Positions 1-11,286 of a stretch of 64,000 bases of DNA are shown here, one piece after another. Below the pieces are notes generated by a model, which was not told where the DNA came from, searched no databases, and worked only from the letters and a program-made list of their open reading frames with translations. Position 1 is the stretch's first letter, and each line of letters begins with the position of its first letter. The stretch spans positions 2,648,681-2,712,680 of the forward strand of contig JBNZDD010013681.1 in the NCBI GenBank assembly GCA_050575255.1. The letters are read 5' to 3'. The position numbers were made by a program, and so were the translations under genes. This DNA is from Harriotta raleighana (Eukaryota).

Positions 1-310
1 GGGGATGGGGGGAAGGTGACCTTCAATGAATGACCATATTGAGGTCTGTCAGTAATCTCCCTGGTTCTTCATGTGCGACATTCACAGATGAGGATTATCT
101 ATTTTACTGCAGGTTTATTGAAAGATAATTTGCTCTTGATTACTGTGTAATCCTATGTCCAGTTCATGTTATATAGTATTAAAGAGGTACTCACACACTG
201 TACTGTACTTTCAAATTAGCTGCTTTTCAATGTACACAAGCTAATGTACTAGCAATTTCTATACATACGACTGATTGGCAGGTAAGCAATAGCATTTGAC
301 TGGATATTGA

Positions 311-610
311 CGAGTCCTGTAGCTCAGTGGTTACAGCACTCGCCTTACAAGCAAGAGACCTGCGTTCAATTCCAGGCAGGGCAAAACCTTGGGCAAGTTT
401 CCTTACTCCACACACCTGATAATAATCCCTCAAAAAAAATTGGTCATTTCAATCCACGGCTGTTTGTGGGACACTGCTGCACACAATTGGCTGCCACGTT
501 TTGCCCACAAATGTACAGTCAATTCACTACAGTATATTCTGTGAAGCGCTTTGAGATGTCTAGAAGATGTGAAAAGTACTATATCAAATGCAAGGATTAT
601 TATCATTATT
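311..610 (+). mobile_element. tRNA-headed Deu-domain SINE, full length (family A)
   Basis: A box (tagctcagtgg), B box (gttcaattcc), central gctgtttgtgggacactgctg...aattggctgcc, L2-like tail and (ATT)n end. Confidence 0.85.
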
Positions 611-769
611 TTGAGGGACGTAATTTGTATGAGGTAAAGTTTAGCATTGATACCCACTGTAGACTTGATTTGCATACAAACTCTTTATTTAAAAAAAACA
701 CTTTCATAGGGATACACGCACTGAATGTTATGTTTGATAAGTATTTGCTCAAGATGTTGTGGGTATTGT

Positions 770-948
770 GAAAAAAAATTGGGTCACTCAATCCACAAGT
801 GTTTGTGGGACACTACTGTGCAATTGGGTTCTTGGTTTCCCCCATATAGTCAATTCCCTTTACAATATATTCTGTTGTGTGCTTTAAAATGTCTCAATTA
901 CATGATAAGGCGGTATATCAAATGAAAGGAATATTGTTCTTATTATTA
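770..948 (+). mobile_element. Family A SINE, 3' half
   Basis: Aligns to the central domain and tail of 311-610. Confidence 0.7.
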
Positions 949-2064
949 GTGTTGTTAAAAATTGGAAACAAATCTGTATAATGGTAGGAATTGTCTGCAT
1001 TGAATCACCATACTTGGATTTTAAGTGAAATGTGACTGTTTCCTCTTCTACTAGATTAATTACAGGTAATTGTAAAATAAAATAAATATTATTGATGATT
1101 ACATTGCACCCATACAGCCACTAGTGTGTGCTGTACTACAGAGCAAGATTAATGTTTTTTTCTAAAAGAGTTATAGATATGGATAATTGAGCTGCTATTG
1201 CCAATGTGTGCAGATTTTTCTGTTTACTACTATATTTTGGTTGTAATTTATTGCTTCGTTTATACAGTTGAAAAAAAATTGTAGGTATGCTGAACATTTT
1301 TTTTGGCTGTTTGCAATGAATACCACATTTTCTCTGCATAATCATGACTTGTGAAGTAAAGCATCACAAATATTTAAAATATTTTTATAAATAGCTAGTC
1401 ACTGACTCTTGCTTTCTGCACACGACTGACATACTCAGTGTTATGTGCTTGTAAATATGAGCAGACCTAATATATTCTAAATAGCTTTAACTATCATATG
1501 AGGGCTCGAGGATGACACGCTCAGAGGGGAGTTGTAGGGTTCCTCCAACACTGTAGAGGATTGAGGAGCTGGAAAGATTATGAATTGAAAAGTTTGCACA
1601 GCACAGATCCATTGGTTTTTGGATCAAACCTCTTGATCCCTTAGTCAACCAACATGGAGGGAAGGGAATGGGAAGGGAAGTGAAACCTCCTGGGAGGCCA
1701 TGCTGTGGAGAATGAGGAAACCATGCAGTTCTGTGCACTTATCTATCAGTTTTTACAGTTTCTTTCCAGAACTAAGTCAGTCAGCTCTTTGCCAATAGTC
1801 TAGTGCTCCACGGTGTAATTGTGGTGGTGTATCCCTTGCTGAGGGAGGGGGTCGTAGATTGCTTCAATCCCAGCGCACAAGAAGTAATGTTGGCATTGAC
1901 TGTTTTCACAGGAGGTGACATCAACAGAAGCCACATTTTATGGGAAAAAAAACAGCTTGGTGTGATACATATTTAGCAACACAACCTGAAGGTCGAATTA
2001 GTTTCATACGTAGTTCAATTAAGTTTTCTCTGTATTTCCTTGGAGTACAGAGTCAAAATCTACA

Positions 2065-3040
2065 ATTAATGTACAGCACAGAAACCGGCCACACAGCCCA
2101 ATCAGTCCTTGCCAATGTTTGTACTCCACAAGTCTTCACCGATTTCTTATTCATCCCATACCCTTCTTTCCCCTCTCCCTCATGTGAAGAACTAGCTTCT
2201 TCTTAAAGGCATGAAAACTGTCTGTTTCGTTCAACAATTTCACAAACCTCTGCATGAAGAAGTTTTTTCCGAAACTCTTATTTTAGATCCCCTCGTCGCT
2301 ATCTTTATATTTGTGTCTCTTGGTTACAGTCTCCTCAACCAGTGGAAACAGCCCATTTATATTAACCTTATTGAACCCTTTTACAATTTTTTAATGTTTA
2401 TTAGGTTCACTCCATTAAGTATCTCTTCTCTAGCAAAAAAAATCCAGTTTATTCTGATAATAGTAACCTGTTAAATCTTGTTTCATCCTAGTAAACCTAT
2501 GCTGTACATTTCCATTAGTGCTATATCGCCTTACAAGTGAGAGATCTAGGTTCAATTCCAGGCAGGGTGAAACCTTGGGAAATTTAACTTAGTCCACATA
2601 CCTGATAATAATCCCTAAAAAAAAAAGAATGTTAATAAACTGGTCATTTCAATCCACAACTGTTTGTGGGACACTACTGTGTGCAATTGGCTGCCGCATA
2701 TAGCCCACAAATATACAGTCAATTCACTTTACAGTATATTCTGTGAAGCGCTTTGATATATCTAGAAGATGTGAAAAGCGCTATATCAAATGCAAGAATT
2801 ATTATTATTGTCCTAATAATGCGGAGATTAGAATTGGATACAATACTCTAAATGAGGTCTAGACTAGGTTTTGTACAAATTCAACATCACCTCTTTACTT
2901 TTGTATTCTGTCCCTTTGAATGTAAAGCCTGTTGACCTTTTTATAGAACATATCCACCTGTGTAGCTACTTTTAGAGATTCATAGATCTGATCTCAGATC
3001 TCCCAGACCACCTTGCTTCTCTACTCCTCTTAACTTCTTA
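2065..3040 (-). mobile_element. Degenerate CR1/L3 LINE 3' fragment interrupted by a SINE
   Basis: gtacagcacagaaaccggcc tail and CR1-like text (aattggatacaatactctaaatgaggtct) on both sides of the SINE at 2527-2809. Confidence 0.6.
2527..2809 (+). mobile_element. Family A SINE (5' slightly truncated)
   Basis: Starts at the anticodon arm (tcgccttacaag), has the full body and an (ATT)n tail. Confidence 0.85.
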
Positions 3041-3679
3041 CCATCTATGTTGGCTTAGGTTTCATTTCGGATCATCCTCCCAATGTGAAAGGTGCAATAC
3101 TAATGTAATTTTGTGTAGATGCACTGTTTCCCATGCATCAATGGTGAACACTTGCATTCCTAATACGGATTCCTACAGTAAACACCACTACCTATTTCTT
3201 GCTAGACTGAGAAGATGCCCTTAATTCCTCTCCTACAATTCCACATGTCACTATTTTAGCCATGAGCTTTCACATGGCCTTTTTCAAAGACCTTCTGGAA
3301 ATTCAGCTACACTACATCGACTGCATTTGCCTCGACTATATCATCGGTTACAAAATACACATTCAAATGACAGTCACTATACAGTATATTCTGTGAAGCT
3401 CTTTGAACATGTTGCTGAATGCAAGTTGCTATACCAAATATGAGAATTATTATTACATTCCTCTCTGTGTCAGTTGGAAGTTGTCATTAAATGTAATTAT
3501 TAACAGAATAGCCAATGGCTGTTTTACTCTTGCACTGAATTAGCAGCATACTTTGACAGTCTGAATGAATTAAGTTAAAACCTATAATATAATCAATTCA
3601 GCTTGTAGAGTGGTAAACGCACAAATCCTACACTGTTTGGCAATGTTGTATTCAAATCAATCTATTTTGGTAACCTAAC

Positions 3680-4185
3680 GTAAAATAAAGTTGATGCTGG
3701 AAGTCTGAAACAAAAACAGAAGTTACAAGGAACACTCAGCAGGTCAGGCAGCTTTTGTGGAGAAAGGAAAGTGAGTCAACATTTTGGGTCCACAAACCTT
3801 CGTCAGAACGGGGGCATGTTGGGAGAGAGAGGCTTTTAAAGACTGACAGAAAGGGGTAGGCAGGGCAAGGAAGACAAAAAGAAAATGGGGTAGAGGACAA
3901 GGGATGATGGGTTAAAGAGGTATTAATGATGCAAAACATAAGGGGGATTGAAACAAAACTGAAGAGAAGTTTTTCTTCAGTTTTGTTGCAATCCCTTCCT
4001 TTGTTTTACATCATTAACACCTCTTTAATCCAGCATCTCCTGTCCTCTCCCATTTTCTTTTTCTCTTCCTTGCCCTGCCTACCCCCTCTCTGTTAGTCTT
4101 TAAAAGCCTCTCCCTCGCAACATGCCCCAGTTCTGACGAAGGGTCATGGACCTGAGACATTGACTCACTTTCCTTTCTCCCATTT
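3680..4185. mobile_element. Penelope-like element terminal fragment arranged as a ~420-bp fold-back palindrome
   Basis: 3759-3965 is the reverse complement of about 3972-4180. Carries the CTGACGAAGGGTC...GACC.GA.AC motif and, on the minus strand, the ctgcctgacctgctgag text typical of chondrichthyan Penelope repeats. Confidence 0.7.
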
Positions 4186-4899
4186 TCGAAACCCGTCCTG
4201 TCCATTTGTACTATAGCACATCAGTATGATTCTGCCCAGTTGTTAATCATTGAAGCTGTGACAGATTGGCTATGATTAATGGAATGGCATCCAGTCGCAA
4301 ACCTTTGAAAGGTATGCGTGACGGGTAAAGTAGTTTGATGAATGTCACAGCAACTCTAGTGGAACAGTGCAGAAAAGAAGTAATAGGCATACATTCATGC
4401 TTTCAAATCAAGTAATTAGCGGCCCAGTGTTTGACAAGTTCTCATGACATTCAATATATTCAGTGTTTATCAAAAATAAATAATCCAAATATGTCTGTCA
4501 TGTTCATTAATCCAAAATGTATCAGTCATGCACATTGATACAATGCATACTAATAACGTTTACTGATAATGTATAAATATGCATTAAAAATGAAGGGTGA
4601 GCTTATGTAAAAATGTTCAGTGTTTTCATTATGTAAATATTTTACAATCCCTGAGGAATATATCTGGTTCATAAAATGAAGTCTTAAAGGCCGAAGAAAG
4701 CTTTGTTCATCAATGGAACCAAATGTATTTTTGAACACACTCAAGGACCACGGGTTAGTTAAGCAAGAGCTTGAATTTTAATAGTATCTTATCAGATTGA
4801 ACTGACACTTTACAGGTAATTAGTGTAAGATACAGTGACCTTTCTGGAAGACAAATGCTTTTTTTGCACTGGCTAGAATCTATAGACAGCCATGTGGTG

Positions 4900-5100
4900 A
4901 AGGATTATTAGCCAAGGCACACGGAGGAAGTCCCCTCTCTTTTTGTATAGTGTCATGGAATCTGTCAACTGCATCTGAACAGGTAGGTAGAAACTCAATT
5001 TAAAGTCTCATTTAAAGGCTCAACAATGCAGCACCCTTGTGGCATTGCACTGAGCATCAGTCAAGACTATGAGAACAGGTTCTGAGTGGTAGAAATGTTG
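4900..5100 (-). mobile_element. SacSINE1/Deu-SINE-like old fragment
   Basis: Reverse-complement similarity to the 27028-27490 element (gtgtcatggaatc...gtctcat...aatgcagcac). Confidence 0.5.
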
Positions 5101-5249
5101 ACAACTCCAAAGAGGTTGGACAATTTTAATCAGTATTAAAATTGTAAATTAATTCAGTCTCTTCTTGATATGAATATTTGAAGGATCAAAAGTGTATTTT
5201 TGTTTTTCTGTTGTATTTACTTGCACAAGCATAAGTTAATATAATATGG

Positions 5250-5380
5250 GCAAAGGGATTAAGGAATTTGGGGATAAAGCGGGTAAATGGAGTTAGATTA
5301 GAAGATCAGCCATGGCGGGGCAGGCTTGAGGGGCCAAATGGCCACTCCTGGTCCTAATTCTTATGTATGTTCTTGTGTTC
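5250..5380 (+). mobile_element. CR1 LINE 3' tail
   Basis: gatcagccatg...gaggggccaaatggccactcctggtcctaattcttatg is a typical CR1 terminus. Confidence 0.65.
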
Positions 5381-5514
5381 TAATACCAGAAATAAGAGCT
5401 ACAATACCATTTTTTATTCATATAATTAACCATTCAGTTTCCATTCCAAGCCATTGCACTCTTATCCAAAGATCTGAAAGGAAATGGATGGTAGTTCATT
5501 GCCCGTTGGTTATC

Positions 5515-5794
5515 CTATCCTTCAGTTGAGAGGTTAAACCAAGACCCAGTCTTTCTGTTCAACTGGACATTGAAGCTTCCATGGCACTATACAAAAAGGG
5601 AGTTTCTCTCTCCTACTGTCCTGGCCAAATAAAAAGAGTCATTCACTCACTGCTTGGCTGTTCGTGGAGCATTGCTGTGTGCAAATTAGGTGCAATATTT
5701 GTTTGTACAATCCCCACATTTTACAGAGTACCTTTGAAGCGCTTTTAGGCTTTTCCCCTCCCCACCAATGTGAAGGCGGTATATCAAAAGTAAG
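5515..5794 (+). mobile_element. SacSINE1/Deu-SINE-like 3' part
   Basis: ttaaaccaagaccc...ccatggcactat...gtcctggccaa...gctgtgtgcaaatt and an L2-like tail. Confidence 0.6.
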
Positions 5795-5796
5795 TA

Positions 5797-6811
5797 CAGT
5801 AAAAGCTTGGTTACCTGGGAACCAACCAACAGCCACACTCAACCAACCGGTAGCTCCCAATACAAGTCAAATTTGAGAATACAGTTAACCTTTGGCAAAT
5901 GCACTTTTTCAATTGTGAATTCAACTATACGCGAAAACAACAGCGTCACATTTTTGCGTAACATGTGTAAAACTTGCGTATCCGTGCTGGCTGGCCCCAC
6001 GCGCATGTGCACTGGGGGACGCCGGTCCCATGCGATGCACACTTGGGAGGTGAAGCTTGGAGATGGACCCCATAGTGGAAAGGAGTCTGAAATTTAAAAC
6101 AGGTCTGGATGGCCTCTTAGGACCTTAGGAAAGAGCTCATGAAAGATTTTCGGTGGAAGGCAAAACAACGGAAAACCACTTCCTTCTTTCAACCTGCCAG
6201 TTTGACTCAGCAGTCCTCCACTGAAAACTTACCTGCTGCTGCACCTTCTCAGCCATCCACTTCTGCCCAAGCATCCACTTTGATGGAGTTTGAGGACGAT
6301 GATTCCTCGGCCTTGTACTGTTATGAGAGCAGAAAGAGCGATGAGAGCGGGGAGAGTGACGGGAGCGATGAGAACAGGAAGAGCGGGGAGAGCTGGGGAG
6401 CGAGGAGATCGGGGAAAGTGGGCCAGCCGACTGTAGCCCGTTTCAGTATGTATCTTGCATTGGTCGGGTGTGGATGTGCCTAGAAGCTTGAGGTGGGTAG
6501 CCTGTGGCTGGATTCCTCTAACGCTCCCTTTCCCATTATTTATTAGCTTACCAAACGTGATTTTACCAAGTACGCAGTTTTCCAGGAACATAACCTGCAC
6601 TTTTGGCGAAGGTTAACTGTTGACTATTATTTATGTATGTTTCAACCAACAATATTCTGTCATTATTTAATCTACTATTAATATGGTATATTTTAAAATA
6701 AGTAAATTTTTTAAGTAGGATTTTCGGCAGCTTGCCACTCGAATATCCGACATATTTGATTAACTGGCACCAGTCAGGTCCCAAGGGTGCCGGATAACAA
6801 AGCTTTTACTG
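5797..6811. mobile_element. Tigger/pogo-like non-autonomous DNA transposon (outer)
   Basis: TIRs CAGTAAAAGCTTGGTTACCTGG and (reverse complement) CAGTAAAAGCTTTGTTATCCGG, flanked by TA on both sides. Confidence 0.8.
5882..6619. mobile_element. Tigger-like non-autonomous element nested in 5797-6811
   Basis: TIRs CAGTTAACCTTTGGCAAA and (reverse complement) CAGTTAACCTTCGCCAAA. Subterminal sequence is shared with 43588-44534. Confidence 0.8.
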
Positions 6812-6884
6812 TATTATTATTTTAGTCTGCTTTACTCTGGTTGAGCAATAATTGAGGCAGCTTGTCCTGCTTGCTCTTACATTA

Positions 6885-7050
6885 AAACAACTTGCATTTA
6901 TATTAGTGCCCTTCATGCACCTCAGAGTGCTTAACAGTGGTGGGTCTTCATGCTGAGCTGGGAGAAGGAGGATGTGACCGTAGGCAGAGTTGAAGAGGAA
7001 GGTTTTGAGGTACAATATGAAGACAGGCAAAGAGGAGGCAAGGTGGCAGG
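6885..7050 (-). mobile_element. L2 LINE 3' end
   Basis: acaacttgcatttatat tail. The minus-strand translation includes the LKTFLF L2 C-terminal motif. Confidence 0.6.
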
Positions 7051-7079
7051 TTAGATTGTCTTCATTTCATCAAGATGTT

Positions 7080-8385
7080 TTAACAACAACTTGTATTTAT
7101 ATATTGCCCTCCATGCTGGGTGGTGTCTCCGACATCTCAAAGCGTTTCACAGTGGCGGAGGCTTACCCAGGCCAAGCCCAGTCGTCAGTGGGGGCAAAGA
7201 GAAAGGTCTTCAGGCATGACCTGATGATGAGAATGGAGAGGCTGAGGTGAAGGAGTTGAGAAAAGAAGTTCCAAAGTTTAGCGGTGGAAAGCTGAAGTGC
7301 AGGATTCGGGGGGCAAGGAGGAGGACCAGTAGAGCGGATGCCGCGGGTATTGCTATGAGGGAAGAGGAGATTAGAGAGGTAGGTGGGGTGCTGAGGAGTG
7401 GAGGGATTTAAACACAAAAGTAGGATCTTGAGTGACGATCTGTTCTGTGACCGGAGCGGAAGGAGTTTGGCAAGGACTGAGGTAATTGGGGTATGAAGTT
7501 TGGTGTGGGTGAGAATGTGGGTAGCAGAGTTTTGGATGAGCTGAATTTTGTGAATGGTGGAGGAGGGAAGACTGGCAAGGAGGACGTTGGAGTAGTCCAG
7601 CCAAGAGGTGACAAAGGTATGCCAAGATATCGGCAGCTTTTGGGGTGAGGTATTGACAGAGACAGGCAATGTGGTGGAGATGGAAGAAAGTGGTGCTGGT
7701 GAGGGACCGAATGTAGGGGAGGAAGAACAACTGGGATTCAAACTAGATGGCTACGTTTTGCATGGGTTCAGAGAGTTTTAAGGACAGGTCAGGTAGATTG
7801 AGGAGGTAGGAATCGTGATATAGAAGATGTCGACTGGAGCCAAAGGGTATGCCTTTGGTTTTTGTTGACAATAAACAGCAGGATTGTTGCGTTCATCGAG
7901 CTCTTGATGTCCGATACACAAGCTAACAGAACATCAGGGGATTGGGGTTCGCACTAGAGGTGTAAAAACAAAGTTGGATGTCATCCGCATGAATACATGT
8001 GGAAGTTAAGTCTGTGGATGGCATCACTGAGAGGGAGCATGTAGATAAATAAGAGAAGGGGGCCCAGGATACATCTTTGGGGTAACCCACAGGTAACCGG
8101 AAGGAAACAAAAAGAAAAACCATTTGCAGAGATGTAGTGCTGTCTGTTTGTGAGATAGGACTCGAACCAAGTGAGTGCGGTCCCACGGAGAGGATGATGG
8201 AGGACAGGCAGTGGAGGAGGATGGTGTGGTCGACTGTATCAAATGTGGCAGAGAGGTTCAGGAGGTTGAGGAGACAGAGGGAGCCCTGGTCACAGATAGA
8301 GAGGACATGGTTTATGACTTTCACAAACGCAGTCTCTGTGCTGTGGGCAGGCTGAAGCCGGACTGGAAGGGTTCAAATAGGTTTT
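7080..8385 (-). mobile_element. L2 LINE ORF2 (reverse transcriptase) remnant with 3' end
   Basis: Frameshifted peptides LNLSATFDTVDHTILL, HADDIQL, TSWLDYSNVLLASLP...IQLIQNSA and LKTFLF, plus an (AAC)n tail. Confidence 0.9.
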
Positions 8386-11063
8386 AAGTTGTATAATTCT
8401 CTATGTGAATGTTAGTAACTAACACGTGGGTCAATGTGACTGGAATTATAATTGGTTTTGATGGCATTATCTGTTTCATTTAATGCAATTTTGACATTTA
8501 CAACCTTGTAATGCCTTCTTAGTTTTCTCGTTTGAATGATTTCCATTTGTGTATGCGGAATATAAAGTATCCTCTGAAGCCAGAAAGGTACAAACACACG
8601 ATCAAAAGAACAAGGAACCTTGATGAAAAAAGAGTAGCTGAAGTTTGGCAAGCCTTTTTTGTTGTAGAATAGGAAATTGTCTTTTTTGTAAGGCTCGATT
8701 TTGGTAAATTCTTAATGCTATTTTGTCCGTAGTCTTGGCAAGTAGTTCTGCATAAGAATATAGAGGAAAATATAATATGGAATCTGTTATGATTTCCCTG
8801 GAATGATATTTCTGTTCTGAGACTCAGCAAAATGTTATCTGACATTGTGCAGTTTGGGGATTGTCTGATACACTGGGGAGTGTGGAGAGCAGGGATAGGG
8901 AGGATGTAGAGCAGAGGTGGGGAGGGTGTTGAGATGGACCAAACTTTTGGTACAGACCTTTTGGGGTTGGTATTGGACTGCACTTTGCTATACCCTGTGA
9001 CTCATACGCACAATGGTGACCTATCCTAATTACTTTGAATATTGGGCTTGCACTAATGTCTTGAGTTTCAGTAATAATCAGTTCCATTAAAACCATGACA
9101 AGTTTAGAAAGTCTTGAAATATATATTTAACCATCCTAATAATGGCTGCCTCTGGCCTTTGCAAGTAACAATTTCCTGTCTTTTCTCAACGCATTTTACA
9201 CCTTATCGACTGGGTTACAAAGAAATCAACAGCAAACGCCAATGTATTGTGTCCTTCGCACGACTCTGTCTGCTTCATATCTTGTTGAGGACAGATATGA
9301 AGCAATTAATATTGCCACTCACCTTCAGTATTCAGGAACGTGGCCTTCATTGCTGAAAGTCTACAATTTGCCCACATATGTGACTATATGGTACTGCAAG
9401 AAATAGATAATGCATCTGGAGGCAACGAAACAGTGCGTAGAGTCTGCTGTTCAGATCACATTGATAATGGCTGCTACCAACTGTTGACCATTTCTTTTCA
9501 GGTTCCCAGAACAAATTAATTGAAGCTGCCTATTTATTTTGTGTGCACTCGAAATAATCCTGATTCAGCACGAATCTCAGTTGATGTTTTGCGTGGGTGT
9601 AGTTTTAATCTCCATGCTGCAGCTTGTACTGCTAATTACCATTCCTGATAATTGACACAGACACAGTTAGATTGGAACTAATACACAGAATATTTTTTGC
9701 ATTGGATTTTATTTTATTTTGCTATATGTAAAGAGAAGAAATATGAAATAATGTCTGAGGAGCACAATGTTAATATATAGTTATGCATAATATTAATGTA
9801 TATAGTATAAAGATGGCACAGTGACAAAAGAATGGCTGAGTTAATTCTGTGCGTGCCTGAATAGGATCTGAACCCCTCAGCTGATACTAAGCACGATAAA
9901 ATGCACAATTGTACTCGACTTATGTGGATGTATTTGCTATGCATTTTGCTTTTGAAAACCCTATATTGCTACAGATGAACCATTTAACTGTTTTTAAATG
10001 GTCTCAAACTTTATTGCAGGTGGTAAATAGAAAATATGGTCATTTGAATCCTCTCTACACAATATTGGCTGCAATTTTGATGTGATGGCCTTAATGATAC
10101 AATAAAATGACCTTCACAATCACTTTGGTTTACCGCAGAATTTAATATCAATAATATTATTGATAATATTGAATACTGGATTGTGCCATCGCATGTGCTT
10201 CTCATAGCTAATATGTGGGGCATCGAGCCATGGAGAAAGTTTCCAATGGTATGGCATTAAATTGCTTGCACTGGCCTACAGACAAACGAATGATACACAC
10301 AACAGTTATTGCTGCACCATGCCCCTTGCAAATAAGAGCATGTGGTAAATGCNACACACAACAGTTATTGCTGCACCATGCCCCTTGCAAATAAGAGCAT
10401 GTGGTATGTCGTGCAGCATGCTTATGTCGTGAGTGTCTCAATTTAAACAAATTAGTCACTAATTGCCTGGTTTTCAGGACAAGTTTATTTACAAACTTCA
10501 ATTTGATGTGTTGGAAAATCTATTTGTTTACACTGCTGGGACAATCCAGTAGTTTTTTTTTCAGACTGATTGCAACAGTGTTCTCAGATTGTCTTGATGC
10601 TGTCACATATACTTGTTTAGGCTGCAGCCAATTCTACCTGAGCTCACAAGATTGATTTAGATGAAGAAGGCCCTTTAGCACATCTGATAGTCGCCCATCT
10701 CCCTATTACTGCAGCAAACTGCTTTTTAAATGAGTCTGGCATCCTAGCCTCTGCCATCTTTCCTGGCAACTTGTTCTAGTCATCAATTACCCTCTGTGGA
10801 AAGACCAATGTAAAGGTCATGCTTGAGACTAATGAGTAATATCTTTGTGCAAGTGTTTCCTTGCATCAATGCACGATATGTGGTTTGTAAGGTTTACATG
10901 AGAGTGTATTTCATGCATTACGTTTTAGGCCAAATCTTTAAAACCCCTAAATGAAAAGATCTTATTCTTCTCTGTTGCATAGTAAAGAAAGTTAAAAAGA
11001 AAACTATGTGAATAAAGAAGTATTTGATTTAAATGTTTTTCTTGTGCTTTTTTTTCAAAACAG

Positions 11064-11095
11064 AAGGAGCTGAGCCTTCCCCGGAGAGGAAGTCT
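11064..11095 (+). CDS. MAST4: MAST-family kinase internal coding exon (KELSLPRRGS + 2 nt), 32 nt
   Basis: Pyrimidine tract and cag acceptor (11061-63), then AAG GAG CTG AGC CTT CCC CGG AGA GGA AGT CT and a gtaagt donor. KELSLPRRG is the conserved N-terminal motif of MAST2/3/4. Paralog assignment rests on the neighbouring exons. Confidence 0.88.
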
Positions 11096-11264
11096 GTAAG
11101 TACAAATTATTTTTGGTATTGTTGCAAAGATACTGTTGAATAAAGTGTTTATTTCTTCCCCCATCTTATCTTTTATCTGTAGTTTTCTGTGATATACAGT
11201 ATAGCCCCATGATAACACGCTTCTTTAAAGCTCCAGATTTGGTTATAGCATGATTGCACTGTGG

Positions 11265-11286
11265 ACTACATTTCCCGCTGACCCAC
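11265..11286 (+). promoter_or_regulatory. ZNF143/THAP11-type ACTACAnnTCCC motif
   Basis: gACTACATTTCCCgctgacc in repeat-free sequence about 170 nt downstream of the 32-nt exon. Confidence 0.3.

Noticed and set aside
307-771. Recurring ORF peptides such as LWDTAV and FTVYSVK (also at 15770, 20864 and 54021)
   Set aside because: These are translations of SINE copies, not a protein family.
6139-6483. Acidic, Ser-rich 114-aa ORF
   Set aside because: It lies inside a non-autonomous transposon, is low complexity and has no splice context.
10295-10406. Apparent ~53-bp tandem duplication
   Set aside because: The copies sit on either side of a single n (10353), so this is most likely an unmerged contig overlap.
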